A stretch of DNA of 55,961 nt from positions 1 to 55,961 of the forward strand of contig NIVC01004190.1 in assembly GCA_002269645.1 (NCBI GenBank), read 5' to 3'. How positions within the stretch are numbered: the stretch's first letter is position 1; each line of letters starts with the position of its first letter. Position numbers and translations under genes: made by a program. Shown one piece after another: positions 11,930 to 24,274 of this stretch. Source of the stretch: Macrostomum lignano (Eukaryota). The notes beneath the pieces are model-generated. The model ran no database searches and was not told the origin of the DNA. It was given only the letters and a program-made list of their open reading frames with translations.

Positions 11930-13660
11930 AGCTACCCTCATAAACCCAGTCACAATCTCACTAGCTACCCTCATAAACCCAGTCACAATCTCACTAGCTA
12001 CCCTCATAAACCCAGTCACAATCTCACTAGCTACCCTCATAAACCCAGTCACAATCTCACTAGCTACCCCCTTAAACCCAGTCACAATCTCACTAGCTAC
12101 CCTCATAAACCCAGTCACAATCTCACTAGCTACCCCCATAAACCCAGTCACAATCTCACTAGCTACCCCCATAAACCCAGTCACAATCTCACTAGCTACC
12201 CTCATAAACCCAGTCACAATCTCACTAGCTACCCGCATAAACCCAGTCACAATCTCACTAGCTAACCCCATAAACCCAGTCACAATCTCACTAGCTACCC
12301 CCATAAACCCAGTCACAATCTCACTAGCTACCCCCATAAACCCAGTCACAATCTCACTAGCTACCCGCATAAACCCAGTCACAATCTCACTAGCTAACCC
12401 CATAAACCCAGTCACAATCTCACTAGCTACCCCATAAACCCAGTCACAATCTCACTAGCTACCCGCATAAACCCAGTCACAATCTCACTAGCTACCCCAT
12501 AAACCCAGTCACAATCTCACTAGCTACCCCATAAACCCAGTCACAATCTCACTAGCTACCCGCATAAACCCAGTCACAATCTCACTAGCTAACCCCATAA
12601 ACCCAGTCACAATCTCACTAGCTAACCCCATAAACCCAGTCACAATCTCACTAGCTACCCGCATAAACCCAGTCACAATCTCACTAGCTAACCCCATAAA
12701 CCCAGTCACAATCTCACTAGCTTACCCGCATAAACCCAGTCACAATCTCACTAGCTACCCCATAAACCCAGTCACAATCTCACTAGCTACCCGCATAAAC
12801 CCAGTCACAATCTCACTAGCTAACCCCATAAACCCAGTCACAATCTCACTAGCTAACCCCATAAACCCAGTCACAATCTCACTAGCTACCCGCATAAACC
12901 CAGTCACAATCTCACTAGCTAACCCCATAAACCCAGTCACAATCTCACTAGCTTACCCGCATAAACCCAGTCACAATCTCACTAGCTACCCGCATAAACC
13001 CAGTCACAATCTCACTAGCTAACCCCATAAACCCAGTCACAATCTCACTAGCTTACCCGCATAAACCCAGTCACAATCTCACTAGCTACCCGCATACACC
13101 CAGTCACAATCTCACTAGCTACCCGCATAAACCCAGTCACAATCTCACTAGCTAACCCCATAAACCCAGTCACAATCTCACTAGCTTACCCGCATAAACC
13201 CAGTCACAATCTCACTAGCTACCCCATAAACCCAGTCACAATCTCACTAGCTACCCGCATAAACCCAGTCACAATCTCACTAGCTACCCGCATAAACCCA
13301 GTCACAATCTCACTAGCTAACCCCATAAACCCAGTCACAATCCCACTAGCTACCCCATAAACCCAGTCACAATCTCACTAGCTACCCTCATAAACTCAGT
13401 CACAATCTCACTAGCTACCCTCATAAACCCAGTCACAATCTCACCGGCTACCCGCACAAACCCAGTCACAATCTCACCGGCTACCCGCACAAACCCAGTC
13501 ACAATCTCACTAGCTACCCGCATAAACCCAGTCACAATCTCACTAGCTACCCGCACAAACCCAGTCACAATCTCACCAGCTACCCCCATAAACCCAGTCA
13601 CAATCTCACTAGCTACCCGCACAAACCCAGTCACAATCTCACTAGCTACCCGCACAAACC
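11930..13660. repeat. 33-bp minisatellite (CTAGCTACCCKCATAAACCCAGTCACAATCTCA)n in a cic intron, ~52 copies
   Basis: 11-aa periodicity of the pseudo-ORFs. Confidence 0.97.
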
Positions 13661-13694
13661 CGGTTGACTCCGAAACTTCCAGAAGCCGACTTAC

Positions 13695-13855
13695 CCGATG
13701 ATCCTTGGAGGCGGTCACGGTTGCGGGGCTGCTCGGCAGGGCCTGGCTGGCCGTCTGTCGCAGCTTCTGCCGCACCTCCCGGACTTTGAGTATCAGAGTG
13801 CCCTTGCTCGGGAACACGTCCGAATGTTCGCGCTGGAAATTCTCCAGCTGCTCGT
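13695..13855 (-). CDS. cic: Capicua exon 4, second half of C1 domain
   Basis: (N)EQLENFQREHSDVFPSKGTLILKVREVRQKL matches CIC C1; flanked by CGCAG| and |GTAAGT; 76-bp intron upstream. Confidence 0.93.
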
Positions 13856-13931
13856 CTGCGGGAGTTTGGGATTTGGGATTTAAGATCCGCCATCAGCGGG
13901 GCACACAGCTATGAAAAAGGCAGAAACTCAC

Positions 13932-14705
13932 TAGTCGGAAAGAAGTTGTCGCACTGCTGGAACAGCGTCATGACGAGGCCTCGTCGCTGCTCCAGCATTC
14001 GCCTGGCGCTGCCGCCGGGACTCCGCGGTGTGCCGGGGCCGCCGCCGCCGCTGTTGCTGCCGCCCGGCGTCACGGCAACGAAATCGTCGCCGGCCATCTG
14101 CAGAGTGGACCTGGCCAGCTCTTCGGCCTCCTCAGCGGAGAAATTCTGCCCAAAGAACACGTGCCGGTCCTGCTGGGAGCCGGCGGCAGCCGCGGCCGCG
14201 ACGGCAGCGTACAGCGATTCGGCGGCCGTCGGCGGGGCGCTGCGGCAGTGCTGCTGGAAGAAGTTGCGCGGGCTGATGGCGGAGACCGGTGCGGCGCCGG
14301 GCTGGAACTCGGGCAGGTGGCTGAACTTGCGGCCGAAGTCCACCTCGGTCAGCACGGACTTGGTGGTCACGTCCAGCTGGCGCTTGAAGATGCCGTCCGG
14401 GGTGCTCTTGGCCTCCTCGGGTGGCGCCGACGCCGGCACCGCGGACGGAGAATCGTTGGTCGCAGGGGCTCCGACGCCGGCGCTGTTGTTGCCGCTGACG
14501 ATTGTCGGGGACAGCTGCAGCGGGGCTGGCCGCTCGCCCCGCCGCCGACTGCCGCCGCTGCCGGCTGCCTTGCCAGACAAGTCATCGCTGCTAGCACCGC
14601 CGCCGCCAGACGAGCTGACTGTGGAACCGTCCGAGTGGTGATGCTGCACTGGCGGCGGCGGATTGCGGCGCAGCACAAAATGAGTGAAAGCTGACGGGGA
14701 GTCCA

Positions 14706-14736
<31 letters not shown>

Positions 14737-15814
14737 ACTCTGGTGCTGGCTGTGCTGGTCGCTGATGCTGAGCAGGCTGGGCTGCACAGTGGTTGGAACC
14801 AGAACTGCGCCTCCGCTGCTGCTTGTTGAGTAGCGCTGAAATCCTTGCTGCTGATGTTGCTGCTGCAGATGCTCCGATAGTCGACGAAACTTCGACATAG
14901 TCGGCTGCAGCGGAGGCGGACGCGGCGGCAGCTGTTGCTGCTGTCGCTGCAAAGTCGGCGGCAACCCCGGCGACGCCTGAGCGGCCTGATGAGCCACCGC
15001 GGCGTCCGCCAGCAGACGGAGGTTGCTGTCGCTGCCGTTGCTGCCTGCAGCGCCGCCGATCTGATGATGAAGCGGCTGAGCGACAGCGGCGGAGGCTGAG
15101 TCGGACCGTCGGCGCTCCTTAGCGGACGACCAGCGGAAGTTGGGATTCTGGCGGAAGTGCTCGGACTTGACCTGGCTGGCCAGGCTGTTGTACTGCTCCC
15201 TGTCCGCCTTGGACAGGTTGTACCACAACTCGCCGAGGATCTTGCTGACGGCGCGGTTGTCCAGGCCGGGATTCTCCTCCTGGACGCGAGCTCGATTCCG
15301 CTTGCTGAACAGGATGAAGGCGTTCATGGGGCGGCGAATGTGCTCCGGTTGCTGCTGCTGCTGGGACTTGTCCGCCTGAGGAGCATCTCGCTGCGGCCTC
15401 TCCGGCAGCTGGAACACGTCGTCTTCATCTTCCATAGTAGCAGAGCCAACAGTTGGCGGGGCAGCCTTAGCCGCGGTGTCCGACTCGCTGGCAGCCGCTG
15501 GCCGAGCTGCCTGTCCATCAAGTGCGCCGGCGGTGGCTACGGCTGGCAGCTGGTCATGATGAAGCACCGATTGGCTGGGATCGCGCTTGAGCTCAGACTC
15601 CAGAATGGGCAGCAAGCTGGTGCAGGACGGATGCGGCTGCTGCTGCTGGTGATGCAGTTGCAGACTAAAAGCAGAAGACAACGGTGTAACAACGGAGGCT
15701 GGAGCAAAAGTGGAGTAGCCGGTAGCAATAAAGGGTGGAGGTGCAACCGGTGCGGCTGGCACAGTGGCAGCAGGAGGCACGCCAGGCGCCCAGGGCTCCA
15801 GAGGGCGCTGGTAT
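13932..15814 (-). CDS. cic: Capicua exon 3: HMG box, C2-like motif, first half of C1
   Basis: HIRRPMNAFILFSKRNRAR...W (CIC-type HMG box); VDFGRKFSHLPEF (C2-like); RRMLEQRRGLVMTLFQQCDNFFPT (C1); canonical TTCCAG| and |GTGAGT with consistent phases. Confidence 0.96.
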
Positions 15815-15898
15815 CTGGAAAATTTTATACAGGTTTGCTAAAAATCCAGCTTAGGTAGCGCTGCAAAAGCCAAGAAGGGCTCCGCTGCGGTAGGGATC

Positions 15899-16300
15899 GG
15901 GATTTGGGATCAGTAGCCTAATGTGATTTGGGATCAGTAGCCTAATGGGATTTGGGATCAGTAGCCTGATGGGATTTGGGATCAGTAGCCTAATGGGATT
16001 TGGGATCAGTAGCCTAATAGGATTGGGGATCAGTAGCCTAATGGGATTTGGGATCAGTAGCCTGATGGCATTTGGGATCAGTAGCCTGATGGCATTTGGG
16101 ATCAGTAGCCTAATGAGATTTGGGATCAGTAGCCTGATGGCATTTGGGATCACTAGCCTAGTGTGATTTGGGATCAGTAGCCTAATGGGATTTGGGATCA
16201 GTAGCCTGACGGCATTTGGGATCAGTAGCTTAATGAGATTTGGTATCAGTAGCCTAATGGGATTGGGATTAGTAGCCTCATGGAATTTGGGATCAGGAGC
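15899..16300. repeat. 24-bp minisatellite (GGGATTTGGGATCAGTAGCCTAAT)n in cic intron 2
   Basis: Reverse complement of the array at 16625-17780. Confidence 0.95.
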
Positions 16301-16362
16301 CCAATAAAATTGGGATTTTCTTCCCAGAGTGATTGTCATCCCCGGTCCCCGGCCGCACTCAC

Positions 16363-16549
16363 TTGGACGCCTTGCCCTTCTGGCTGAGATGCCTGGAACA
16401 GAAGCCCCTTCGCTGGCTCTCCTTTGAGCAGCCGTCGGCGCTGCACAGCCGGCGCCACTGCTTGCCGTTGAATTTCTTCTTCACCCCGCCCGGAGTCCGG
16501 ACGACGTCGCCTTTGCTGAACCGGCCTGAGGCCAGCTGCGGGTCGCAGT
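16363..16549 (-). CDS. cic: Capicua exon 2, conserved CIC-L N-terminal Cys/His motif
   Basis: [43 protein letters not shown], the hallmark of long Capicua isoforms; CGCAG| and AA|GTGAGT; phase 1 in, phase 2 out. Confidence 0.95.
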
Positions 16550-16624
16550 CTGCGGGCGGGTGGCGCAAATTAAATAATATTGCTTAGATGGGGATTTTCT
16601 TCCCCTCAAGGACTTTAAAAAAGC

Positions 16625-17780
16625 CAATCCCATTAGGCTTCTGATCCCTAATCTCATTAGGCTACTGATCACAAATCCCATTTGGGATTACGGATCCCAA
16701 ATCCCATTAGGCTACTGATCCCACATCCCATTAGGCTACTGATCCCAAATCCCATTAGGCTACTGATCCCAAATCCCATTAGGCTACTGATTCCAAATCC
16801 CATTAGGCTACTGATTCCAAATCCCATTAGGCTACTAATTCTGAATCTTATTAAGCTACTGATCCCAAATCCCATTAGGCTACTGATCCCAAATCCCATT
16901 AGGCTACTGATCCCAAATCCCATTAGGCTACTGATTCCAAATCCCATTAGGCTACTGATTCCAAATCCCATTAGGCTACTAATTCTGAATCTTATTAAGC
17001 TACTGATCCCAAATCCCATTAGGCTACTGATTCCAAATCCCATTAGGCTACTAATTCTGAATCTTATTAAGCTACTGATCCCAAATCCCATTAGGCTACT
17101 GATTCCAAATCCCATTAGGCTACTGATTCCAAATCCCATTAGGCTACTAATTCTGAATCTTATTAAGCTACTGATTCCAAATCACATTAGGCTACTGATC
17201 CCAAATCCCATCAGGCTACTGATCCCAAATCCCATCAGGCTACTGATTCCAAATCCCATCAGGCTACTGATCCCAAATCCCATCAGGCTACTGATCCCAA
17301 GTGCCATCAGGCTACTGATCCCAAATGCCATCAGGCTACTGATCCCAAATCCCATCAGGCTACTGATCCCAAATCCCATCAGGCTACTGATTTCAAATCC
17401 CATCAGGCTACTGATCCCAAATCCCATCAGGCTACTGATCCCAAGTGCCATCAGGCTACTGATCCCAAATGCCATCAGGCTACTGATCCCAAATCCCATC
17501 AGGCTACTGATTCCAAATCCCATCAGGCTACTGATTCCAAATCCCATCAGGCTACTGATCCCAAATCCCACCAGGCTACTGATCCCAAGTGCCATCAGGC
17601 TACTGATCCCAAATGCCATCAGGCTACTGATCCAAATCCCATCAGGCTACTGATTCCAAATCACATTAGGCTACTGATCCCAAATCCCATTAGGCTGCTA
17701 ATTCCAAATCACATTAGGCTACTTATCCCGAAAGCCATTAGGCTACTGATCCCGAAAGCCATTAGGCTACTGATAGTAAA
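16625..17780. repeat. 24-bp minisatellite (CCAAATCCCATTAGGCTACTGATC)n in cic intron 1, inverted relative to 15899-16300
   Basis: Direct reverse-complement comparison of units. Confidence 0.95.
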
Positions 17781-18644
17781 TCCAAACCCACCTAGAAAGT
17801 CCTGATCTGTGAATACTGATTCAGCACACCAAAGCAATTCTTCAGAAATGAATCACCGGACACTTAGCACCGAAAGTCTGGTTGTTTATCCCGAATTTCT
17901 ATTTATAGGCAACAGGCCTGGAGCTCAGCAGCTTGTCTATTAATTTAATTACCCTCCCGCTACTCCCAAGCAGGTGAAGAATATGAAAGAAAGGCCTGAG
18001 TCCTGCTCAAACTAGGCAGTCATTTCCGCCCGCTTAAGCAACCAGTGGAATCACGTCCATCTTCCCACCGACTGTCAACTGCACGCCCTGAGCGAAGCTG
18101 AACCTGAGCGAGCATCGCAGCAAAACTAGTGGGACAGGGAAAAGGCGGGGGAACCCCCACTGTGCTCAAATGCCAGCGCAGGGCCTGGCTGAGACACACT
18201 GGGGCAATTTTCGGCTGATTTCGCCCCATTCATGAAAAGAAGCAGAATGGAATCCGGCAGCAGAAATCCCGGCGGCTCAAAGAAGCGGCCCCAGCTGCAA
18301 CAGATTTCCCCCCCCCCTCCAAAAGCCAGCGATTGAAAATTGCTGCTATTGCTCCGAAAGAAGATAAAAGAGACTGTAAAGAGAAGCAGGGCTCATCTGT
18401 GGAGCAAATATCGATAATTGTCGCAGCCAAATTGGCAGATTCGCAGGCCAGCAATGTGTAAACCGACACCGCCCTGACTGACTGCAAGCCCAGTGCCCGG
18501 CAGGGCTGCATCTCGAAAACAAGTCTTTGTCAGAGACGATGAGGCAGCCTGTTATAGTGAGGATGAAAGTGACTGCAGCACCGCTCTCGTGACTTTGTCG
18601 GAATTGTTTCGATTGGTTTAAGAAGTAGCAGAGAGGGGGATCCG

Positions 18645-18910
18645 AAGGTGCAGATGATTGAGTGGAAGCTGCAGATGAGAGAGTGGAAGCTGCAGATGAG
18701 AGAGCGGAAGCTGCAGATGAGAGAGCGGAAGCTGCAGATGAGAGAGTGGAAGCTACAGCTGAGAGAGTGGAAGCTGCAGCTGAGAGAGTGGAAGCTGCAG
18801 CTGAGAGAGTGGAAGCTGCAGATGAGAGAGCGGAAGCTGCAGATGGGAGAGCGGAAGCTGCAGATGAGAGAGTGGAAGCTGCAGATGGGAGAGCGGAAGC
18901 TGCAGGTGGA
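18645..18910. repeat. 21-bp minisatellite (GCTGCAGATGAGAGAGYGGAA)n in cic intron 1
   Basis: ~12 visible units. Confidence 0.92.
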
Positions 18911-18961
18911 AGAGCTATAAGAGAAAGATTACGGCCGAAAGAATTTCAGTAGCAGACTCAC

Positions 18962-19622
18962 CAGACTCATCTTCATCTTCCAGTCCCGGCGGCGGCGAGG
19001 ACAAATCGTCAACGGTGTCAGAGGCGGACGCTGTGGTGGCAGTCGACTCGGTGGTCGCGGCGGCAGGAGCGGCAGCGGCGACTTCAGCAGCAGCGGCGGC
19101 AGCGGCGTCCAGCTCGTCCTGCCAGGGCGGGCGCAGCAGCCGGAGCTGGGAGCGGTGCACCGACGCCAGCTGGCCGGAGCTCAGCCGCACGGTCACAGCG
19201 GGCTGGGCGGCCGCGGACAGGCCGTCAACGGTGACTGGGCGGTACACACCGTCGGCCAGCTGGTCCTGCGGCAGCTGGGCGCAGGCGAGTTGGCCCTCGA
19301 CCAGCTGGCTGAGCTGCGGCGCGGCGTCGCTCACGACCTCCTCGATGGGGACGCGGAACTGCCGGCTGGAGAGGCCGGAACCGGCGTCGCCAGCGGCCAA
19401 GCTGGGACTCTTCAGCTTGAGCTTCACCGAGCGATAGTCGGTGACCACCAGGCCGAGGCTGCTGGCCAGGCGCTCTTCGACTTCAACAACGGCTCGCTGG
19501 TTGCCGGGCGTGAAGGCCACCAGCTGGCCGGGCATGTAGGCGGCCAGGGGCTCGTGGTAGAACAGCACCCGGGCGCCGCGCCAGGCCGTCACGTCAATGG
19601 CGGCGGGGAGTTCAGCGCTCAT
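18962..19622 (-). CDS. cic: Capicua exon 1 (CIC-L N-terminal, Tudor-like/DUF4819-type region)
   Basis: ATG at 19622; WRGARVL...YMPG and EEVVSDAAPQLSQLVEGQLACA resemble the CIC-L N-terminus; donor TCT G|GTGAGT joins exon 2 in frame. Confidence 0.85.
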
Positions 19623-19776
19623 TGCTTCGCTGTGTCAACTGTGCAGCTGCGGTGCGCCGAATGCTTCAAGCTCGGAGGCCCTGGGGATCTTTCTATCTCT
19701 AATCCTCTCCTGTAGCTCGGTTCAAATCCGCTCCAGGCCCTGGAAATGAGTGCAGAGAGAGTGCGTAAACGGGCTT

Positions 19777-19789
19777 TGATTGGCTGAGG
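19777..19789 (-). promoter_or_regulatory. CCAAT box (CCTCAGCCAATCA) ~155 bp upstream of the cic ATG
   Basis: Matches NF-Y consensus at a promoter-proximal distance; no TSS data. Confidence 0.45.
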
Positions 19790-20079
19790 GGCTGGTAGCT
19801 GGGATGGAAACAGAGTTTTCGTTGATAATTACTGAAAGTAGAGGCTTACAGATATTTTGCTCTGTGAAATGACTCCTCTAGAGATAATTTAAGCACTCTG
19901 TTTGCTATGTCTAGTCATTATTCATTATTAATAGTTATTATATTAATAATAATAATAATAAATGATTTCACCTACCACAATAGGGCGAAATATGCAATGC
20001 AACCAATAGATCAGCTGTAGCTATTGTGTAGCACATCTGAAGGCTGCATATGGCTATTCAGCCTAAGGACTGTGGGGTC

Positions 20080-20252
20080 ACCAAACACACCCTCAATAAC
20101 CCCAGCTAATGCTGGTACCCATTTTATAGTTGGGTAAACTGAAGCAATGCAGAGAAAGTATCTTGCTAAAGGACACAAATTGTTCAAATGGGATTAGGAA
20201 TCAAACCCCCAAACCTTCAAGTCATAAGTTGATACTCTTAGCCACTGGGCTC
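20080..20252 (+). mobile_element. SINE-like dispersed repeat (central and 3' part)
   Basis: GCTGGTACCCATTTT...TCTTGCTAAAGGACACAA...GGAATCAAACCC resembles widespread invertebrate SINE central domains (from memory, needs Dfam); partial second copy at 24834-24885. Confidence 0.6.
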
Positions 20253-23200
20253 TACCCAATAAATTGATACAATAAGAAGCCACTTTGCCCTATTCTATAT
20301 GGCTCATTGGGAAAATAAATAATTGTCTTAAGAAAATACCCCAGCTTTACAAAAAGGTATTTTGATAATAATTTTGCTTTGACAGTGATCAAAGCAGTTC
20401 AAATTCTTTTATGCTTTAAATTTTATGATAGAGAATATCAAATTTATGATAGAGACAAGATACATAAACTTTAGTTCTTAGCTATAGAAGTTAATTTCAT
20501 TAAAGGGTGTTTATTGATTATTGTTTATTATAAACCAACTTATATTAGCTTTCCATGTAACTATTAGGCTCCATATCCTAAATAATAGAAAGGTGATTTG
20601 CTTAAGTGCATGCTTCATTATGTTCATTCTTTGTAGCTTTTGGATACTATTTGGTTCTAAATTAACAGCTCTAAACCAACTATTTCACAGTTAATCAAAA
20701 ATCAATATATAAGCAGATTTAATTTTTTTACTTTTATCTCTATTATAATAATATAATATGACTATCAATCATGATAGAATACTCTAGAGATTTGGAAATC
20801 ATAAAAATGTTGCATTATACCTATTATATAAAATAAATTTTAGCAAATGTTACTAGATAAAAGAATTTAAGAAGTAAAATAGTATAGTTTATTAAAAGCT
20901 TTTGTTTTATCTTTGGTATTTTTACTTCATTTTTATTCTGATTTCATGTTTCTATAATTTGCATATCTATCAGTTTTCCAAATGTATTTGAACAGGGTTT
21001 TATACTATCTTATATAAACATGTTTTTTATGACTTTTCTATTTTTATTAGAGTATTTCTTGGATAAAAAAGAAAAACAAAAAGATTTACATCCAACAGCC
21101 AAAGAACAATGGCTAAAAACTTTACTAATAATGGCTACTTACTTGGCTATAAAGATTCTTAAGACTAGTTGGTTTTATTACTCAACTAGGGTCCCTACAA
21201 TTTTGATTTCAAGTTTGGTATCCTAGAGATTATATATATTAAAAAACTTAGACCTATTTTTAATAATGATAAATTCAACTTGAATAGGCCCTTTAATAAT
21301 ATAAAACATGTATTAAGGGTATTCTATTATCTAATTTTCCATTAATGCCATATTAGAAACTAATGTCTATGACCAAAAGAGATACGAAACAGTATTAATA
21401 AAACATGTTTAGCTTTTTAATTTTAAACTAAATGTTTGGCCATGGACAATACAGACAATAGTTTTGAATGCTTTGAATAAGGTATATCTATGGGTAAAAT
21501 CTTAGGGTAGAAGTCTAATAAAAAATATAAATAGCCTACTTAGCTTTTTATTTTTAGCTAATTAATCCTATATATTAAATCATTTTCTTATAGTTTTTTA
21601 TCCTTTTTGGCAAAACATTTTTTACAAAGCATATTATAACATTAATTTAAACTTAAAAACAATATTATTAAACAAACTAAAGATTGCTTTATTTTCATTT
21701 GTTTTTATAATATATAGCAGGCCTAATTTAAAACTTGAATAATATTACTAGTATTAGCATTTGAACTAAGCCTAGATTTAGGCCTATCTTTAAAAAAATT
21801 ATAAGCTTATCCTATTTATATAATTGATTACTATATATTGTATTAGGCCTTATATTACTAAAATATATTTTATAAATGAACTGTTTAAAATGGTCAAAGG
21901 TCAAGTTAGACAAAAATGCTTAATAAAAAATATATTGTTTGATTCTAATATTTTTATAATTAGGCCTTTAAGCAATCTTCTTGAATCATTCGTTTAATTA
22001 TTTCCAGAATTATTTTGCCCTCTATTCAAGGGTGATGGGGGGTGGGGGTTGGAATTAAACAAACAATTCGAGAAGATAGCCGGCCTTTGATCAAGCATTA
22101 AAGACTAAAGTTAATATTAGGCCTAAGTTTATAAATATTTATTTTATTTTTATTGATTTTTATTTTATTCATAAGAATAGGCCTAGGCATAGGCCCCCTA
22201 CTCATATGTAGGCCCTAGCCATAAGCAAAAGGATAGGGCCTAGTCTTAGGCCTACTCCTAGGTAGGTCCAAGTCTGATATAGCCATGGTCATAATTTCTA
22301 AGTCTAAAAGTAAGACTAGGCCTAAAAAATATAATATAATATAATAATATAATATAGATGGCCAATGTAAAATTAATATTTATTTAAGGCTTAGGCTTAT
22401 ATAAAAATATCAATTAGGGCTTATTGGCTTTTAAGACTAGGTCTATAATATAATCCCAAGTAAATCTTAACTCTTAAGGACTTAGCCTAGCCTATGCAAT
22501 ATTACTAATGTCAATGAACCAGGCCCAACAAACTAGTAACTAGGGCCTAGCTTATTCTAGCATTAAACTTAAACTAGGCCTAATTCACTCAGCTACACTA
22601 AATCTCTAAAATCTTAAATAATAGGCCTAGTAAAAACTAAATTAGTAAGATCTACTAGGTCTATCTAGGCTAATGATGATAGGCGAGGGCCTAATGATAT
22701 CTTTTACTAGGCCATAAATAACTTCTATAAGCTAGTTATTATTATTAATTAATATTACACATGAATTCGTGATGAAAGAGAACTTTGTGCTGGCCTACAG
22801 ATACAGTTCAAGTTAATCAATATACCCTGCGTATCAATGAATACCTACACTTTACACCTATACGGTAGTATAATGGCGATGCTGATAGTTTTTATCCGTC
22901 TGTTACGCCAAGTTCATAAATGGAAAGTAAACAACTCTGCGTACTTTTATCTCTTCAGTTCGTGTGTAAATTAATAGTAACTTTTCTTCAGATGATGTTC
23001 AAGGTTACGCAAGAGATAGAACAAATTTTTAGAATTTTATACGATGAATTACTCAACTAAAATAGCACCATGCGAAGTTTATATCGTACCTTTAAATTTT
23101 ATTTATGCAAAAATAGAATAAATTAGCAAAAATCTTGCAAAGAATACTTTCCGGTGACAAAAGCTGTCGCCCATATTGAATCTTCTGTCCAGAAAGCGCC

Positions 23201-23349
23201 GAACGTTTTGACTTTTAGCCAGCTTACTAGGCACTGGTGAAATCTGATTGCATGCTTGTATGCTACTGATAGAGTTTTAATTCTTATCTAAGTTTCATTG
23301 GACCATTTTCTGGTTAAAAAATATTGTACATGTACAATGTATATAAATG

Positions 23350-23860
23350 CGATGTTGCCGTGGACTTGTCAGGGCTGCCTTCCGTTCCATGATGGCTGTC
23401 CTACAGTCTGAGGCCCTGCCTGACCGCCAGAGGGTGGTGTTGTTCCAGGCGGTGATCGAGACCGTCCTGTTGTATAACGCCAAGATCGGGACGCTGACGG
23501 ATTCGCTCGAACAGCAGGCACGCTGGCCTGCTGCGCGCCGCCTTCAAGATCGCTTACTAGCGAGTCACCAACGCGATACTTACGGCCTGTTCCATCCCAG
23601 CGAACTGTTGCGCCTAGGATATAATCCGAGCTGATCGAGTCGTACTGCCCAACTGCCTGCCACAACGGGCGCGGGTGCAGGAGGTGCGCTGCTGCTGATC
23701 GCTGCAGGCGCCCTACCGCGGCGAGGCAGGCACGCACTCGGCATTTCGTCGACTGCCTGTTGGCTGATGCCAGCGCCCCGGACACTGCTGGCGGTGCGGC
23801 CTACGTTCACGCCCAGGCCCTGTAACGCGCCCTGTGACATTTGTCCCACGCTTGACTGCT
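23350..23860 (+). mobile_element. RTE-type non-LTR retrotransposon 3' fragment
   Basis: AAFRSM..LQSEALPDRQRVVLFQAVIETVLLYNA..TLT resembles the RT C-terminal VLLYxxETWTLT motif; related copy at 42400-42800. Confidence 0.75.
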
Positions 23861-24274
23861 GGCTGACAATGTACATGCATTTTGTTGTGTTGTTGTGCTG
23901 CATGTACGAGTATTGTACATGTACATGTACATATACGTGTAACATAAATTTACAGCAAGGTAGGTACTCAAAGTACATGCAATCAATTGTTCAATTTACG
24001 TAATGTAGTTTTGTTGATTCAGTTGTGATAAACTACATGTAGCTCCCTAAAGAAATATCCTGCAGCAGAATATTTGTAAAGAATATAAAAAATTAGGGCC
24101 TAAATATTTTGGTTCGAATGAGCCGTATAAGCACAGCTGGAGTATTTAGTACATGTACAATATATATTTGGTTGAAGCTGGCGTTGCAAGGGGGACATGA
24201 CCAGCTTCAGTTTTGATAAAAAATGCCACTGCTAAAACAATAAATATCCTTATCAAATGTCCTAATTGGGAGTA

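Noticed and set aside
11852-13640. ORFs with VASEIVTGFM / LATLINPVTIS repeats
   Set aside because: 33-bp intronic minisatellite of cic.
13946-15858. Long plus-strand ORFs opposite cic exon 3
   Set aside because: Antisense shadows of GC-rich coding sequence.
18020-18511. Minus-strand ORFs in cic intron 1 as a short-isoform first exon
   Set aside because: No CIC-like motif and no in-frame ATG-to-donor path identified.
18648-18952. Coiled-coil-like ORF EAADERVEAA
   Set aside because: 21-bp intronic repeat antisense to cic.
24105-24125. GGTTCGAAT as a tRNA T-loop
   Set aside because: No cloverleaf or A-box context.
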